A stretch of 64,000 nucleotides of DNA from an uncultured Candidatus Entotheonella sp. (GTDB taxonomy: Bacteria; Tectomicrobia; Entotheonellia; Entotheonellales; Entotheonellaceae): contig CBDCDA010000002.1 in the NCBI GenBank assembly GCA_965215335.1, positions 704,001 to 768,000 on the forward strand. Reading direction: 5' to 3'. Below are positions 39,188 through 49,116 of the stretch, piece by piece. Position 1 is the stretch's first letter, and every line of letters begins with the position of its first letter. The notes beneath the pieces are model-generated. The model did no database searches, was not told the DNA's origin, and was given only the letters and a program-made list of their open reading frames with translations. Made by a program: the position numbers and the translations under genes.

Positions 39188-39567
39188 GTTCCACCTCCTC
39201 CGTGCCCCTGTTTCACGAATTGCACGCACAGGCGATACTCGTAATACGCCCCGGCCTTCGCCCGCCGCGCCGCCCGGATGATCGACACCGTCTCGAACAA
39301 AGCCGACGCCACCAGCAGGGTCAGGCCGAACACCGCGTAGACGTACACGTAACCGATGCCGATCCCGTAACAGATCAGCATGGTGATCTGGAAGTTGATC
39401 GACGCCCGCGCGTGCATCGCCACGTAGAGCGATTCGCGCTTCCACCACCACAGGGCCAGCGGCACCACGAGGCCGCCGAAGGGAATCAGCCCGGCCCAGA
39501 TCGGCGCCGCGTGCGTCAGGGCGCCGTAGTTCCGCTCCGCCGCCGTGCTCTGAATGACCGGCCTCAT
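39184..39567 (-). CDS. DUF4870 membrane protein
   Basis: ERNYGALTH, HARASINFQ and YEYRL. Confidence 0.75.
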   Translation of the reverse strand: MRPVIQSTAAERNYGALTHAAPIWAGLIPFGGLVVPLALWWWKRESLYVAMHARASINFQITMLICYGIGIGYVYVYAVFGLTLLVASALFETVSIIRAARRAKAGAYYEYRLCVQFVKQGHGGGGT

Positions 39568-40223
39568 GCCCCGATCCCCAGGGCCGCCCCGATCAGCCCG
39601 ACCCCTGCCCACCCGACGGCGGACACCGACGCCAGCATGACGAAGGCCGTCCGCGAAATGCGCCCGCGAGCACGCACCACCGCCCACGCGATGAAGCCAC
39701 AACCAAGCGGCACGGCCAGGGGGAACACCAGACCGAAGGTCAGCGGAAAGGACACGATCCCGATGACGATCCCCGCCCCGACAAGAGCCGCGTCCGTGCC
39801 CGTCAGCAGGCTCGCCGCCGCAAAACCCCCGAACCCCGTCAGCGCAGAAAGGGTCAGGCAGGCCAGCGCCGCGGCCTCCGCCGTCGCCAGGAGATGCCTC
39901 CGCCGCGTCCGGGGGTCGAGCAGCGCCGCAGCGCCGGGAAGACCATTCACCAGCGCCACCCCGCCCAGGACGACGTTCAGCAGCCACGGGCCGGCGCGCA
40001 TCCCGCTGCCCCACGCCCACCACAGGCTGAACCACGAAGCCGCGAACAGCGCCAGCCAGCTGACCGCCGCGAGGCGGCCCCACGCCGGCCAGCAAACCCC
40101 CAGAAAGCCCTCCGCCGCGCCGTCCGGCGGAGGATTCCCTTCGCCCTCCGCAGCCGGCGCCGTCCCGAACAGGTCCGCGTCCGGCCACCACCAGGGCATC
40201 AGCCAACCAGGCCAGCGAGCCAT
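39564..40223 (-). CDS. Multi-pass membrane protein
   Basis: About five hydrophobic segments; coupled to neighbours. Confidence 0.55.
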   Translation of the reverse strand: MARWPGWLMPWWWPDADLFGTAPAAEGEGNPPPDGAAEGFLGVCWPAWGRLAAVSWLALFAASWFSLWWAWGSGMRAGPWLLNVVLGGVALVNGLPGAAALLDPRTRRRHLLATAEAAALACLTLSALTGFGGFAAASLLTGTDAALVGAGIVIGIVSFPLTFGLVFPLAVPLGCGFIAWAVVRARGRISRTAFVMLASVSAVGWAGVGLIGAALGIGA

Positions 40224-40429
40224 CAGCGCCTCCGCCTTCTCCCCGAGCGCACCCGCGTCAGGCCGGCCAGCAATTCGATCATCCAGAAGCCGCAGAACAG
40301 GCAGGCCGCGACCCATACCCAGGGCGCCATGCCGGACAGAAACGCCGACACCAGGACCGCCAGCTCCTCCGACCCGGCACGCAGGGCCGTCGCCAGCGCC
40401 GCCAACTCGTTCTTCATGGCTTCGACCAT
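40223..40429 (-). CDS. Small membrane protein
   Basis: 68 aa, hydrophobic, coupled stop/start. Confidence 0.45.
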   Translation of the reverse strand: MVEAMKNELAALATALRAGSEELAVLVSAFLSGMAPWVWVAACLFCGFWMIELLAGLTRVRSGRRRRR

Positions 40430-40437
40430 CCCTCACC

Positions 40438-40713
40438 TCACAGGCGCCGCCTGAAAGCCGGCGTCGGCCTGAAACCGACGGTCTTGCCGGCTTCGATGGC
40501 GATCACGGCGCCCGTGCGCGGGTTGCGGCCCTTGCGCGCCGAGCGCTCCCTGACCGTAAACGTGCCGAAGCGCGGCCAGAAAAAGCGTCTCTCGTCCCGG
40601 ATCGTCTTGCCGATCACCTCGAACATGCAGTCGAGCAGGACACCGGCATCCTGCCTGCCCAGCTTCACGCCCGCAGACTCGACGACCTGTTCAACCAGCT
40701 CCTTGCGGGTCAT
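40438..40713 (-). CDS. HU/IHF-family DNA-binding protein
   Basis: FGTFTVRERSARKGRNPRTG. Confidence 0.92.
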   Translation of the reverse strand: MTRKELVEQVVESAGVKLGRQDAGVLLDCMFEVIGKTIRDERRFFWPRFGTFTVRERSARKGRNPRTGAVIAIEAGKTVGFRPTPAFRRRL

Positions 40714-40743
40714 GCGGCCTCCTTTCCGACGTCACGCCGCGCC

Positions 40744-41610
40744 TCATCCACCGCCACCCCAGCCCGCGGTGGAGACGTTGAAACAGCGGTTGTTCTTCCT
40801 CAGCCCCTCCAGGGCGTAGGCGCAAGCCTGCAGCGGTATCGGCAAGGTGCACCGCTTGCGCTTCCAGATCACCCACCTGTAGGCGCCGTCCGCCGACGCC
40901 TGCTCGAAGACGCCCCGCAGGTCCACCCCGGCGTTGTGGCAGCCGCGCCGCGACGGGCTTTCCAGGTTCATGCACGGCAGCGGACCCACCAGCGGCGGCA
41001 AGGCGTTGGGAAGGATCGGCGCGCGCAGGTCGCGCAGATTGCCCGCCTCCGGCCACAGGTCGAAGGGATACCGCGCGATGTTGAAGGCGCGCGTCGCCGC
41101 CAGGCCCGACGCCGACAGCGGCGACGGGTGCGTCACGTAGCCGACCCGCGGGTAGGCGCGGCCCCACCACCCCACCCGCATCACGTCGATCGCCGCCGGC
41201 ATCGCCGACGTGCTCTGCGCCGCATGCCAGTCGCCGTCGTCCCGGGAGTCGTAGAAGTGCGTCACGATGGCGTTCAGCGTCGGCACCGCGCAACTCCGGC
41301 ACGGGTCGTTGAACGCGAATCCCTGCGTTACCGGCTCCACCCGGGCGTCGTGAAAATGAAAATGCCGCCCGCCCAGGTTGGCGTACCCCGCCCGCGTCTC
41401 GACCACCCACTTGGGCTGCCAGAAGCTCAGGTCGGCGCACGGGTACGGAACCGGCAACCCCAAGGCGTCGGTCCCCCAGCAGATCCGCTCGACGATCCGC
41501 ATGCCGATGCAGGCCCGGTTCACGTCGGCGCCGATCACCAGCTGCGCCCTCGAAACGCCGGCCCCCGCCACGAGCGCCAGGACCGCCGCCAGGACACCGG
41601 CACGTTTCAT
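40744..41610 (-). CDS. traU: TraU-family conjugation protein
   Basis: Cys-rich; FWQPKWVVE, WGRAYPRVG and YRWVIWK. Confidence 0.75.
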   Translation of the reverse strand: MKRAGVLAAVLALVAGAGVSRAQLVIGADVNRACIGMRIVERICWGTDALGLPVPYPCADLSFWQPKWVVETRAGYANLGGRHFHFHDARVEPVTQGFAFNDPCRSCAVPTLNAIVTHFYDSRDDGDWHAAQSTSAMPAAIDVMRVGWWGRAYPRVGYVTHPSPLSASGLAATRAFNIARYPFDLWPEAGNLRDLRAPILPNALPPLVGPLPCMNLESPSRRGCHNAGVDLRGVFEQASADGAYRWVIWKRKRCTLPIPLQACAYALEGLRKNNRCFNVSTAGWGGGG

Positions 41611-41622
41611 CTCCCCGCCTCC

Positions 41623-43170
41623 TCACTGCCCGCGCCATATCCCGCCGATCGCCCGCCAGGTGCCGAACATCACCACCGCCTGGAGCACCGGAACCAGCAG
41701 GATCGACAGCACCCCGACCACCACGCCGGCCGACCAGCCACGAAAGACCTCCCCGGCCGAAGCGAAGATCGCCCCCGCCGCGTGCGGCTGACCGATCCCC
41801 GCCGCCATGCTGCTCACCGCATCCGCGATCCCCCACCACAACGGCGTCGAGTGCACGAAGAACAGCATCAGCACGTAGTTCACCAGCGGCCGCACGTGCT
41901 GGCCCGGAAACAGCGACCACAGCACCACGAACGGGAAGAAGGCCAGCACCACCGCCGACAGCAGCCCGGTGACGTACGGCATCCACCAGATCAGGAACAC
42001 CGCCGGGCGCAGGAAGCCCATCGCCCCCGTCAGCGCCTGCTCCACCGGCTCCGCCGCCGCGCCCGTCACCGCGCCCCACAGCCGGCCGAGCCATCCCCCG
42101 CCCTGCCGCGCCCCTTGCAACGCCCCCTTCGCCGCCGTCGCCGCCACATACGCGGCCGTCAGGTCCGGCGGCTGCACGAGACGCTCCATCTCCTTGTGCA
42201 ATTCCTGGTTGATCACGAAGCGCACCGCGTCCTGCCGCGGAATCCCCAACTCATCCTCGTAGACTATGAGCTTCCTGTTGCCGCGCCCCGTCTCCCTCCT
42301 GCGCAGGTCCCTCCCTACCGCTCTCCGCAAGGCACCGTAAATCTCGCGGCACGTCACCACCCCCGACAACCCCAACAGCTCGTCGGACACCCCGCCCGCA
42401 GGACCCAGCCGCACCCGCCTCGCCAGGTACGGCCTCATCTCCGGACTCCACGGCAGGCGATCCTGCCACGTCACGCTGGTCGACCCGGTCGCGTCGTTCG
42501 CCATGTCGGCCACCGCGTCCTTGTAGCACTGGTCCGTGAACTCGGTCAGCGCGTACCTCGACGCATCACTCGTCAGCGGCTGCGTCAGCAACGCCGACAG
42601 CGCCCCCAGGTGCGAAAGCGGCCGGTCCAGCTCGCCAGGATCTTCGCCCCTGATCGCCAGGCCCAGTTCCAGCGGCGCCTCCGTGGCCACCTGCAGCAGC
42701 AGGTCCAGCGCCCGCGGCACCGGCGCGCCCGCGGGCGGGATCTCATTCAGCCCGTGCAGCTGCATCGTCGTTGCATCGTCGTCCGGCTCGCTGTTCCGCC
42801 CCGCCACGTACGAGGACACCGACGCCTCGTCCACCAGCACCACCAGCCGCGACAACACCCCCACGCCGCCGAAAAAGCGATACGACGCCTCCGGCCAGAA
42901 CAGCACCAGGATCAGGCCGCAATGGAGCAGGTACACCCATACGCTCGACAACGGCTGCGGCACCGCCGCGTACGTCCGCCGGTACAGCAGCCAGATCACG
43001 CAGCACGTCATGATGGCGTAAGGCAGCAACCGGAAGTCAGACGCCCGGATGATCGCCTGCGCCCCCAGGCCCCAGTACAGGAAGCCGCTCTCCACGTGGC
43101 TGTACGTCTGGTACCCCTGCCCCCACGCCACCGTGGGCAGCATCAGAAGGAGCGCGAGCCGCAATACCAT
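41623..43170 (-). CDS. traG: TraG N-terminal-domain-like membrane protein
   Basis: FTDQCY and VTC motifs; PY..G...AFFPFVV TM cluster. Confidence 0.65.
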   Translation of the reverse strand: MVLRLALLLMLPTVAWGQGYQTYSHVESGFLYWGLGAQAIIRASDFRLLPYAIMTCCVIWLLYRRTYAAVPQPLSSVWVYLLHCGLILVLFWPEASYRFFGGVGVLSRLVVLVDEASVSSYVAGRNSEPDDDATTMQLHGLNEIPPAGAPVPRALDLLLQVATEAPLELGLAIRGEDPGELDRPLSHLGALSALLTQPLTSDASRYALTEFTDQCYKDAVADMANDATGSTSVTWQDRLPWSPEMRPYLARRVRLGPAGGVSDELLGLSGVVTCREIYGALRRAVGRDLRRRETGRGNRKLIVYEDELGIPRQDAVRFVINQELHKEMERLVQPPDLTAAYVAATAAKGALQGARQGGGWLGRLWGAVTGAAAEPVEQALTGAMGFLRPAVFLIWWMPYVTGLLSAVVLAFFPFVVLWSLFPGQHVRPLVNYVLMLFFVHSTPLWWGIADAVSSMAAGIGQPHAAGAIFASAGEVFRGWSAGVVVGVLSILLVPVLQAVVMFGTWRAIGGIWRGQ

Positions 43171-43172
43171 CG

Positions 43173-44537
43173 TCACGGTACCTCGCTGTAGCTGTAGCCG
43201 AGCGGGTTCTGCATCCCCCACCGGTTGCCGCTCGTGCTCGTGTCCGCCGGCGACCGCATCCCGCGCCGCGCCGCCGCCCGCTGCTGCGACTCGTGATCCC
43301 GCATGACGCTCCGCATCACCGGCAACACGTGCTTCTCCGCCAGTTCCTTCTCCCGCACCAGCCGCCGCATCTCGCGCCGCAGGCGCTCCTGCCGCTGCAC
43401 GATCACCTGCCGCTCGGCCTCGCCCAGCTCCGTGTTGGTCAGCATGCCCTCGTCCAGGCGGTCCTGCAGTTCGGAAACCTTCCAGTTGAGCTTCACCAGG
43501 GCGAGATTGCTCGCCAGCTTGTCGCGATAGGCTTCGTAGGCGAGGCCGTCCACCTCCTTCAGGCCGGCCAGCGAGACCAGCACGCCCCCCGGCATCGGCG
43601 CCCCCGGCAGCGACAACTCGCGCACCCGCGCCGCGGTCGGCCTGCCGCCACCCTCGATCGTCCTCACCACCGCGTCCAGCTTGCCGCCCAGGTCCGTCTT
43701 GTCTTCTTCGAACACGTCGTGCAACCGCTTCTGCGGCCGCCTCACCGTCGTCCGCAGCGGCTCGTCGTTCGACGTCCCCTGCTCCACCCGCACGTCCCCG
43801 ATCACCTGCGCGGCGAGGTCCTTGATCTCCGTGGCGGTATTGGCGCGATCCAGGGAACCGCCGATCAGCTCCACCGACGACCGCCGCGCCCCGTCGGCCG
43901 GATCGACGATGCCGCCCGCCGCCGCCCCGGCGCACGCTTCCTGTGCCTCCGCCAGCGTCGTCGTCACCGCGCCGCCGGTCCCCGGGCGCCGCTGGTCGTC
44001 GATGCAGCGCTGCAGCCGCGTCGAGCGCAACTTGCTCGCCAGGCCGCCCAGCAGGTTGTTTCCCATCTCCCGGACCGCCACCGCTCCCTGCTGGCTCAGC
44101 ATCGCCAGGCCCTGCTGGTGCTTCGTGACGTCGCACAGCGTCGGACCGGCATAGCACGCCGTCACCATCGGCAGGTTGGAAATCCCCGTATTCAGCAAGT
44201 CGCTCACCGCCCCCTGCAAGCCCGATACCAGGCTGCCCACCGCCGCGTTCGGGTCGAGAAGCCTCGTCAGGTCGCGCACCAGACCCTCGCCGATCCCCAG
44301 ACTCCCCAGCATCGTGCCGACGTCCAGCGCCGGCAGCGGGCTGACCGCCCCGGCCACCGGATAGCCGACCCCGAAACCGCCGCGCAGCAAGACCCCGGAA
44401 CGGTCGAAGCCGGCATCGACCAGGGCCTGGTTCGTCAGGTCCCGAAGCGCCCGCTCGAACAGGTCCTGCGCCGCCGCAGCCGACGACCCGAACAGCGTCG
44501 CCACGACCAGAATCCAGACCGTCACCTTCTTTCGCAT
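43173..44537 (-). CDS. TraH-like / PFGI-class exported conjugation protein
   Basis: Signal peptide; LPMVTACYAGPTLC; AQVIGD; located upstream of traG. Confidence 0.55.
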   Translation of the reverse strand: MRKKVTVWILVVATLFGSSAAAAQDLFERALRDLTNQALVDAGFDRSGVLLRGGFGVGYPVAGAVSPLPALDVGTMLGSLGIGEGLVRDLTRLLDPNAAVGSLVSGLQGAVSDLLNTGISNLPMVTACYAGPTLCDVTKHQQGLAMLSQQGAVAVREMGNNLLGGLASKLRSTRLQRCIDDQRRPGTGGAVTTTLAEAQEACAGAAAGGIVDPADGARRSSVELIGGSLDRANTATEIKDLAAQVIGDVRVEQGTSNDEPLRTTVRRPQKRLHDVFEEDKTDLGGKLDAVVRTIEGGGRPTAARVRELSLPGAPMPGGVLVSLAGLKEVDGLAYEAYRDKLASNLALVKLNWKVSELQDRLDEGMLTNTELGEAERQVIVQRQERLRREMRRLVREKELAEKHVLPVMRSVMRDHESQQRAAARRGMRSPADTSTSGNRWGMQNPLGYSYSEVP

Positions 44538-44551
44538 CGCTCGCCCCTTTC

Positions 44552-45040
44552 TCAACTCACCCGCGGCCGGCCGCGCGTCAGCAGGTAACCGGCTCCGCCC
44601 AGGCCCGCCGACAGCGCGCACGCCACCCCCACGAAGGGCATCACCACCGGCGCCACCGCATACGCCAGCAACCCCAGCACGGACGCCGCCAGCACGACGC
44701 GCCCCAGGGTGAACAGCCCGAGGCCGAAGCCCGCCAGCCGCGTCGCCTCGCGCCGCCGACTCCCTTCGACCATGCCCAGCGCCGCGCACAGCAGAAACAG
44801 CCGCGCCATGCCTGCCAGCTGGACCCCGCGGTGACGCGCCAGCCACCACGCCTGCCTGGAAACGCCGTCGCGCGGAATCCGACCCGCCAGCTGCGCCCCC
44901 TCGGCGCGCGCAATCGTCGCCAGAACGTGCAACCGCCGCGCCTCCTCGAGATGCAACCACCAGTAGCCCAGGCCGCCCGCCAGCACCAGGGCGACCACGA
45001 TCAGCGGCGCCAGTTGCTGCGGATCGTTACGAACCGCCAT
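44552..45040 (-). CDS. Membrane protein of tra operon
   Basis: Several TM segments; coupled to neighbours. Confidence 0.55.
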   Translation of the reverse strand: MAVRNDPQQLAPLIVVALVLAGGLGYWWLHLEEARRLHVLATIARAEGAQLAGRIPRDGVSRQAWWLARHRGVQLAGMARLFLLCAALGMVEGSRRREATRLAGFGLGLFTLGRVVLAASVLGLLAYAVAPVVMPFVGVACALSAGLGGAGYLLTRGRPRVS

Positions 45041-46097
45041 CGCCGCCGCCTCGCTTTCCGAACAGCCGCCGAAGCCAGCCGCGCCGCTCTTCGACGGGCG
45101 CCACCGCCGGCTCCGCCACCACCGGCTCCGCTGCCGCCGGCTCCAGGACCCAGTGGCCCGGCCGCATGATCACGTAGGTGTCGTGCGCCGGAATGTAGAC
45201 GCCGCCCTGGATGCGGTCCGGCACCGCCTGTTTCACCACCAGGGGAACGCGGTAGCCCAGCGACCCGCGCGCCACCGGAACATCGCCGCGCGGCGCCGGA
45301 ACGCTCATCCGGACCGGCAGCAGCCGTCCCTCCGAAGGCGCCGGACCGGCCGCCTCCGAAAGGGGTGGCGGTATCGACGCCTCCGCCCGTGGCGCCCCGG
45401 ACCGGAGCAGCAGCCCTGCGGACGCCGCGTCCAGATAACCCGTCGGCGACTCGCCCCGCGACGCCTGCCAGCGGCCGATCGCGCCCCGCGTTCGATCACC
45501 GAACAGGCCGTCCGCCGGACCCGGATCGAACCCCTGCGCCGCCAGCCCCGACTGGATCAGGCGACGGTCGCGGCGCGCCAGGAACAGCCCGGCTTCCACG
45601 CGCTCCGCAGTCGGATCTGCGGAAACGGCCTCGACGGCGGGAGAAGACACCGGCGGTTCTTCGGCCTGCGCCGCGACTCCTTCATGCCTGTCCGCCTCCG
45701 GTCGCGCCGCCCCCGGCTCCGCAACCGCCGGTTCTTCGACCGCCCCGGGCGCCGGCGCCTCGACGGCGGCCTGCGACTCGACCGGCTCGACCGGCGCGGC
45801 AGCACCGGAGGCCGGCTCTTCGACCACCGGCGAAGGGATCGGACTGGCAACAGGAGGCGGCGCTTCAACGGTCGCTGCCGCCGACGGGTCCCGCGCCTCC
45901 ACCGGCTCGAATACCGGAACCGGCGCCGCATCACCCGGTAACGCCGCCTCGCCGACCGCCGCCTCGTCGCACGGCTCCTCGCATGCGTCCGGCGCGCCGG
46001 GCGACACCGGCGCCGCCCGGAACAGGAACACCGCGCCCGCGACCGCCAGCGACAATCCGAGAAACGCCCACACCTTCCAGCCCTCCGGTCGCTTCAC
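45027..46097 (-). CDS. Peptidoglycan-binding domain protein
   Basis: IQSGLAAQGFDPGPADGLFGDRTRGAI..WQ...TGYLD PG_binding_1 motif; Pro/Ala/Glu-rich linker. Confidence 0.75.
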   Translation of the reverse strand: MKRPEGWKVWAFLGLSLAVAGAVFLFRAAPVSPGAPDACEEPCDEAAVGEAALPGDAAPVPVFEPVEARDPSAAATVEAPPPVASPIPSPVVEEPASGAAAPVEPVESQAAVEAPAPGAVEEPAVAEPGAARPEADRHEGVAAQAEEPPVSSPAVEAVSADPTAERVEAGLFLARRDRRLIQSGLAAQGFDPGPADGLFGDRTRGAIGRWQASRGESPTGYLDAASAGLLLRSGAPRAEASIPPPLSEAAGPAPSEGRLLPVRMSVPAPRGDVPVARGSLGYRVPLVVKQAVPDRIQGGVYIPAHDTYVIMRPGHWVLEPAAAEPVVAEPAVAPVEERRGWLRRLFGKRGGGDGGS

Positions 46098-48700
46098 GGC
46101 TTCACCCCGCGCGGCAGGCCCGACGGGTACTTCCACGCCAGCTCGGCCACCGCCTTGGCCAGGTTGTCGTAGTCGTCCCGCAACTGCTCACGCGCCGCCT
46201 TCTCCTCCGGGTTCTGACTCGACAGCCAGCGCGAAAACGGGTCCGGCACCAGCCGGATCACTCCCCCCCTGCCCTCCGGCTGCCACAGGTAAGCCTCGCC
46301 CCAGGCGTCGCGCCGGCGCACCAGGTGCAACAGCCGAACGTCCTGCTCCGTCAGCTCGAACAGCCCCTTCACCGTACCGATCTCCTCCGGGTTCTGTTGC
46401 AGGAACAGGTAGTTGCCGGCGTTGTTCTTGATCGCCTGCGACGCCGCCGAGTGAAAGTCGGAAAGCTGCTGGCTGATGAAGATGGCGCAGCACCGGAAGC
46501 GAGCCAGCGCCCGCGCCGCCTCCTCCAGAAAGGCCGCCGCGCTGGCGTGCCTGAGCAACGCCCACACCTCGTCGAGTATCAGGTACTTGCGCTGCCGGCG
46601 CGCCCCAGGCTCGGTGATGAACTGCATCAGGCGGTACATCAGCGTCAGCAGCAGTACCGATTGCAGGTCCGTAGCCTTCTCCAGCTTCGCCAGCTCGAAG
46701 ATGCTCAGGGCGCTGCTCATGCGCAGCTCGTTCTTGCCGTCCACGAAGCCGCTGTACTCGCCGCGCCCGACGTACTGCGAAATCCGCAGCGCAATCGACC
46801 CGGCACGACCCTGGTCGTCGAAGGTCGGGTTCATCAGCAACTCGTGGAAGTCCCGCAGCAGCGGCTCTTCCCCAGGTCGCTCTTTCTCGTGCCACTCCGC
46901 GAATACCGACAACGCCCGCGAACACACCGCCTTCTCGATCTGGCCCAGGCCCGCCGCGTCCTGACCCGAAGTCCCCGACGCCATCTGGTCGATCAGCGCC
47001 AGCAGGAACGTCCGGTGACCCGCCTTCAGGTCGCCGGCGAACGGGTTGAAGCAGATCGGCGCGTCCAGGTCCACGTCGACGTACTCGCCGCCGTACACCT
47101 CGCACGTCGTGTCGTAGCTCGCCCAGCGGTCCAGGATGACCACCGAGGCATCGAGCGGCAGCACCTGCTGGATCAGATGGTTCACCAGGAACGACTTGCC
47201 CGAGCGCGACTTGCCGATGATCAGGGTGTGCGGCGCCGTCGGCGCGTCGAACAGGTCGCAGGTCACCGCCTCGCCGCGCCGGTTGACGTAGAGCTGCGCC
47301 GCCGTCCGCGTGCCGGTGAAATCCCCGTACAAGGGCAGCAGGTGCGCCGCCGACAGCGACGACAGGCGACGCGAACGACGCAGCATCTGGTCCTTGGGAA
47401 ACTCCAGGTCGACGCCGAGCGGCAGGCTGTGCAAGAACAGGGTGGGACCCAGCACCGTCTCCGGCAGCAGGTCCAGGTCCAGGCGCCGGCCCGCCTGCGT
47501 CGCCGCCGCCAGGGCCGAAGTCGGCGACTTGCCTCCGCGCTGCCACAAGGCGACGTGCACCCGCGTCTGCAGGATGTGCTGCGCCGTGTTCTGCAGCATG
47601 GCGTCGAGATCGTCGCGCAAACGCACCTTTTCGGGGTCCTCGCCGCCCAGCAGGGTGTTTCGCTGCAGGTAGGCGAAGTTGCGCTTCTGCCGCAGGCGGC
47701 TGCGCTCGTCACGCTGGTCCGGCACCCCCACCTGCGTCACCAGCGTCAACGGCATCTCCGGCAACACCTCCCACAACGCCAGAGGCTCCGTGTCCGGCGG
47801 CGCGTGCAGACTCGACAGCATCCCCGCAAAGGTGCGCGCCGGAGCCTCCTGAAGCGACATCATGTGCACCTGCCAGGCATCGCCCGTCTCCGGCTCCGGG
47901 CCGAAGCGCCAGCCGCCGTCGCGGTTTTCCGCCGCCGTCGCCAGCACCTGACGACGCATCGGCAACGCCGGGTTGTAGCACCGGTAGTCCCGCTTGAACG
48001 GCTGCAGCAGGCGACACACCTCGCGGTGGATGCCCGCGCAGTCGAGACGCCGCCAGCCGAGATCGGCCATGCCGAACACCGTCTCGCACAGCTCCCGCAG
48101 GTCGCCGAACGCCTCGACGTACGCCCGCAACTCGACCTCCAGCTCGGCGTTGACCTGCTGCATCAGCTTCGCCTCCGAACGCAGCAGGGAAAGCACCCGG
48201 TCGCGCGTCCCCGAAGCCGCCACCGGCGTCGTCATGCGCACCCCCACCAGGGTGGTCGCCTCCTTGAGCCGGTACTGCCGCGTGCCGTCTACGTGCGCCA
48301 GGCCCTCGCGGATGGCGGCCTCCTGGAAGGCGTCGAGGTGATCGTGGGTCGCCGCCGCGGAGCTGCCCGCCCGGAACTCGCTCCACGCCTCCACCCGGTC
48401 GCTCGGACACAGGTGCAGGATCGCCTGCACCGTCACCCCCGACTGCATGCTCTTGAACAGGATCTCCAGGACCCGCGCCATCTGCTCCACCGCCGCGTCG
48501 GTGAGCGCCCCGACGTTGCGCGGCTCCACCCGCCACAGGCTGCCGAAGGCCAGGGCGCGCGGCGCCTGCGGGTGCTGCAGCACCACGATGCCGTCCGCCG
48601 GGTCGCCGAACGCCGGACCGTGCGGCAGGTGCAACGAGAAATCCGCGTCGTCCGCCATCGAAAGCCCCATCCGCCTATTCTCCTCGCTCGTCTTGCTCAT
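46094..48700 (-). CDS. traC: TraC/VirB4 ATPase
   Basis: GKSRSGKSF, CFNPF, ILDEVWALL and ISQQ. Confidence 0.9.
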   Translation of the reverse strand: MSKTSEENRRMGLSMADDADFSLHLPHGPAFGDPADGIVVLQHPQAPRALAFGSLWRVEPRNVGALTDAAVEQMARVLEILFKSMQSGVTVQAILHLCPSDRVEAWSEFRAGSSAAATHDHLDAFQEAAIREGLAHVDGTRQYRLKEATTLVGVRMTTPVAASGTRDRVLSLLRSEAKLMQQVNAELEVELRAYVEAFGDLRELCETVFGMADLGWRRLDCAGIHREVCRLLQPFKRDYRCYNPALPMRRQVLATAAENRDGGWRFGPEPETGDAWQVHMMSLQEAPARTFAGMLSSLHAPPDTEPLALWEVLPEMPLTLVTQVGVPDQRDERSRLRQKRNFAYLQRNTLLGGEDPEKVRLRDDLDAMLQNTAQHILQTRVHVALWQRGGKSPTSALAAATQAGRRLDLDLLPETVLGPTLFLHSLPLGVDLEFPKDQMLRRSRRLSSLSAAHLLPLYGDFTGTRTAAQLYVNRRGEAVTCDLFDAPTAPHTLIIGKSRSGKSFLVNHLIQQVLPLDASVVILDRWASYDTTCEVYGGEYVDVDLDAPICFNPFAGDLKAGHRTFLLALIDQMASGTSGQDAAGLGQIEKAVCSRALSVFAEWHEKERPGEEPLLRDFHELLMNPTFDDQGRAGSIALRISQYVGRGEYSGFVDGKNELRMSSALSIFELAKLEKATDLQSVLLLTLMYRLMQFITEPGARRQRKYLILDEVWALLRHASAAAFLEEAARALARFRCCAIFISQQLSDFHSAASQAIKNNAGNYLFLQQNPEEIGTVKGLFELTEQDVRLLHLVRRRDAWGEAYLWQPEGRGGVIRLVPDPFSRWLSSQNPEEKAAREQLRDDYDNLAKAVAELAWKYPSGLPRGVKP

Positions 48701-49109
48701 CTTCCGGCGCCATCTTCTGCAACTGCTGCGGCGTGATCACCAGCGACGGACCCGGCAGGCGCAGGTTCAACTGCCGCTGCTGACGACCCTCCCCCGGATC
48801 CTCCAGGAACCACCGCGAACCCTCCAGCATCAGGTACACCCAGTGACCCGACACCAGGTCGCCGGCGTCGTTGAGGTACGCCGGGATCCACACCCGCTGC
48901 ACGCGCGGCGGCTCGACCAGCGGCACGTACGGAACCTCCGGCCCCAGCGCCGGTGGCGCCGCCTCCACCTCCGGCGCCGGACGCTCGCTGCGACTCCCCA
49001 TCTCCGCATGCAGGTCGACCGGCTTGCCCGTCAGCGGCTTCGGCGCGCAGCCGCAAAGAACGACGACCCCCAGCAGCACGCCCCCCAGGACACGACGCCC
49101 GACCACCAC
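48675..49109 (-). CDS. traV: TraV-like lipoprotein
   Basis: Lipobox LCGC; PRVQRVWIPAY...GDLVSGHWVY. Confidence 0.78.
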   Translation of the reverse strand: MVVGRRVLGGVLLGVVVLCGCAPKPLTGKPVDLHAEMGSRSERPAPEVEAAPPALGPEVPYVPLVEPPRVQRVWIPAYLNDAGDLVSGHWVYLMLEGSRWFLEDPGEGRQQRQLNLRLPGPSLVITPQQLQKMAPEDEQDERGE

Positions 49110-49116
49110 CGGCCTC

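Noticed and set aside
39202..48736. Very long + strand ORFs (1329 and 1123 aa)
   Set aside because: Antisense shadows of the very GC-rich tra genes; Arg/Pro-rich with no motifs.
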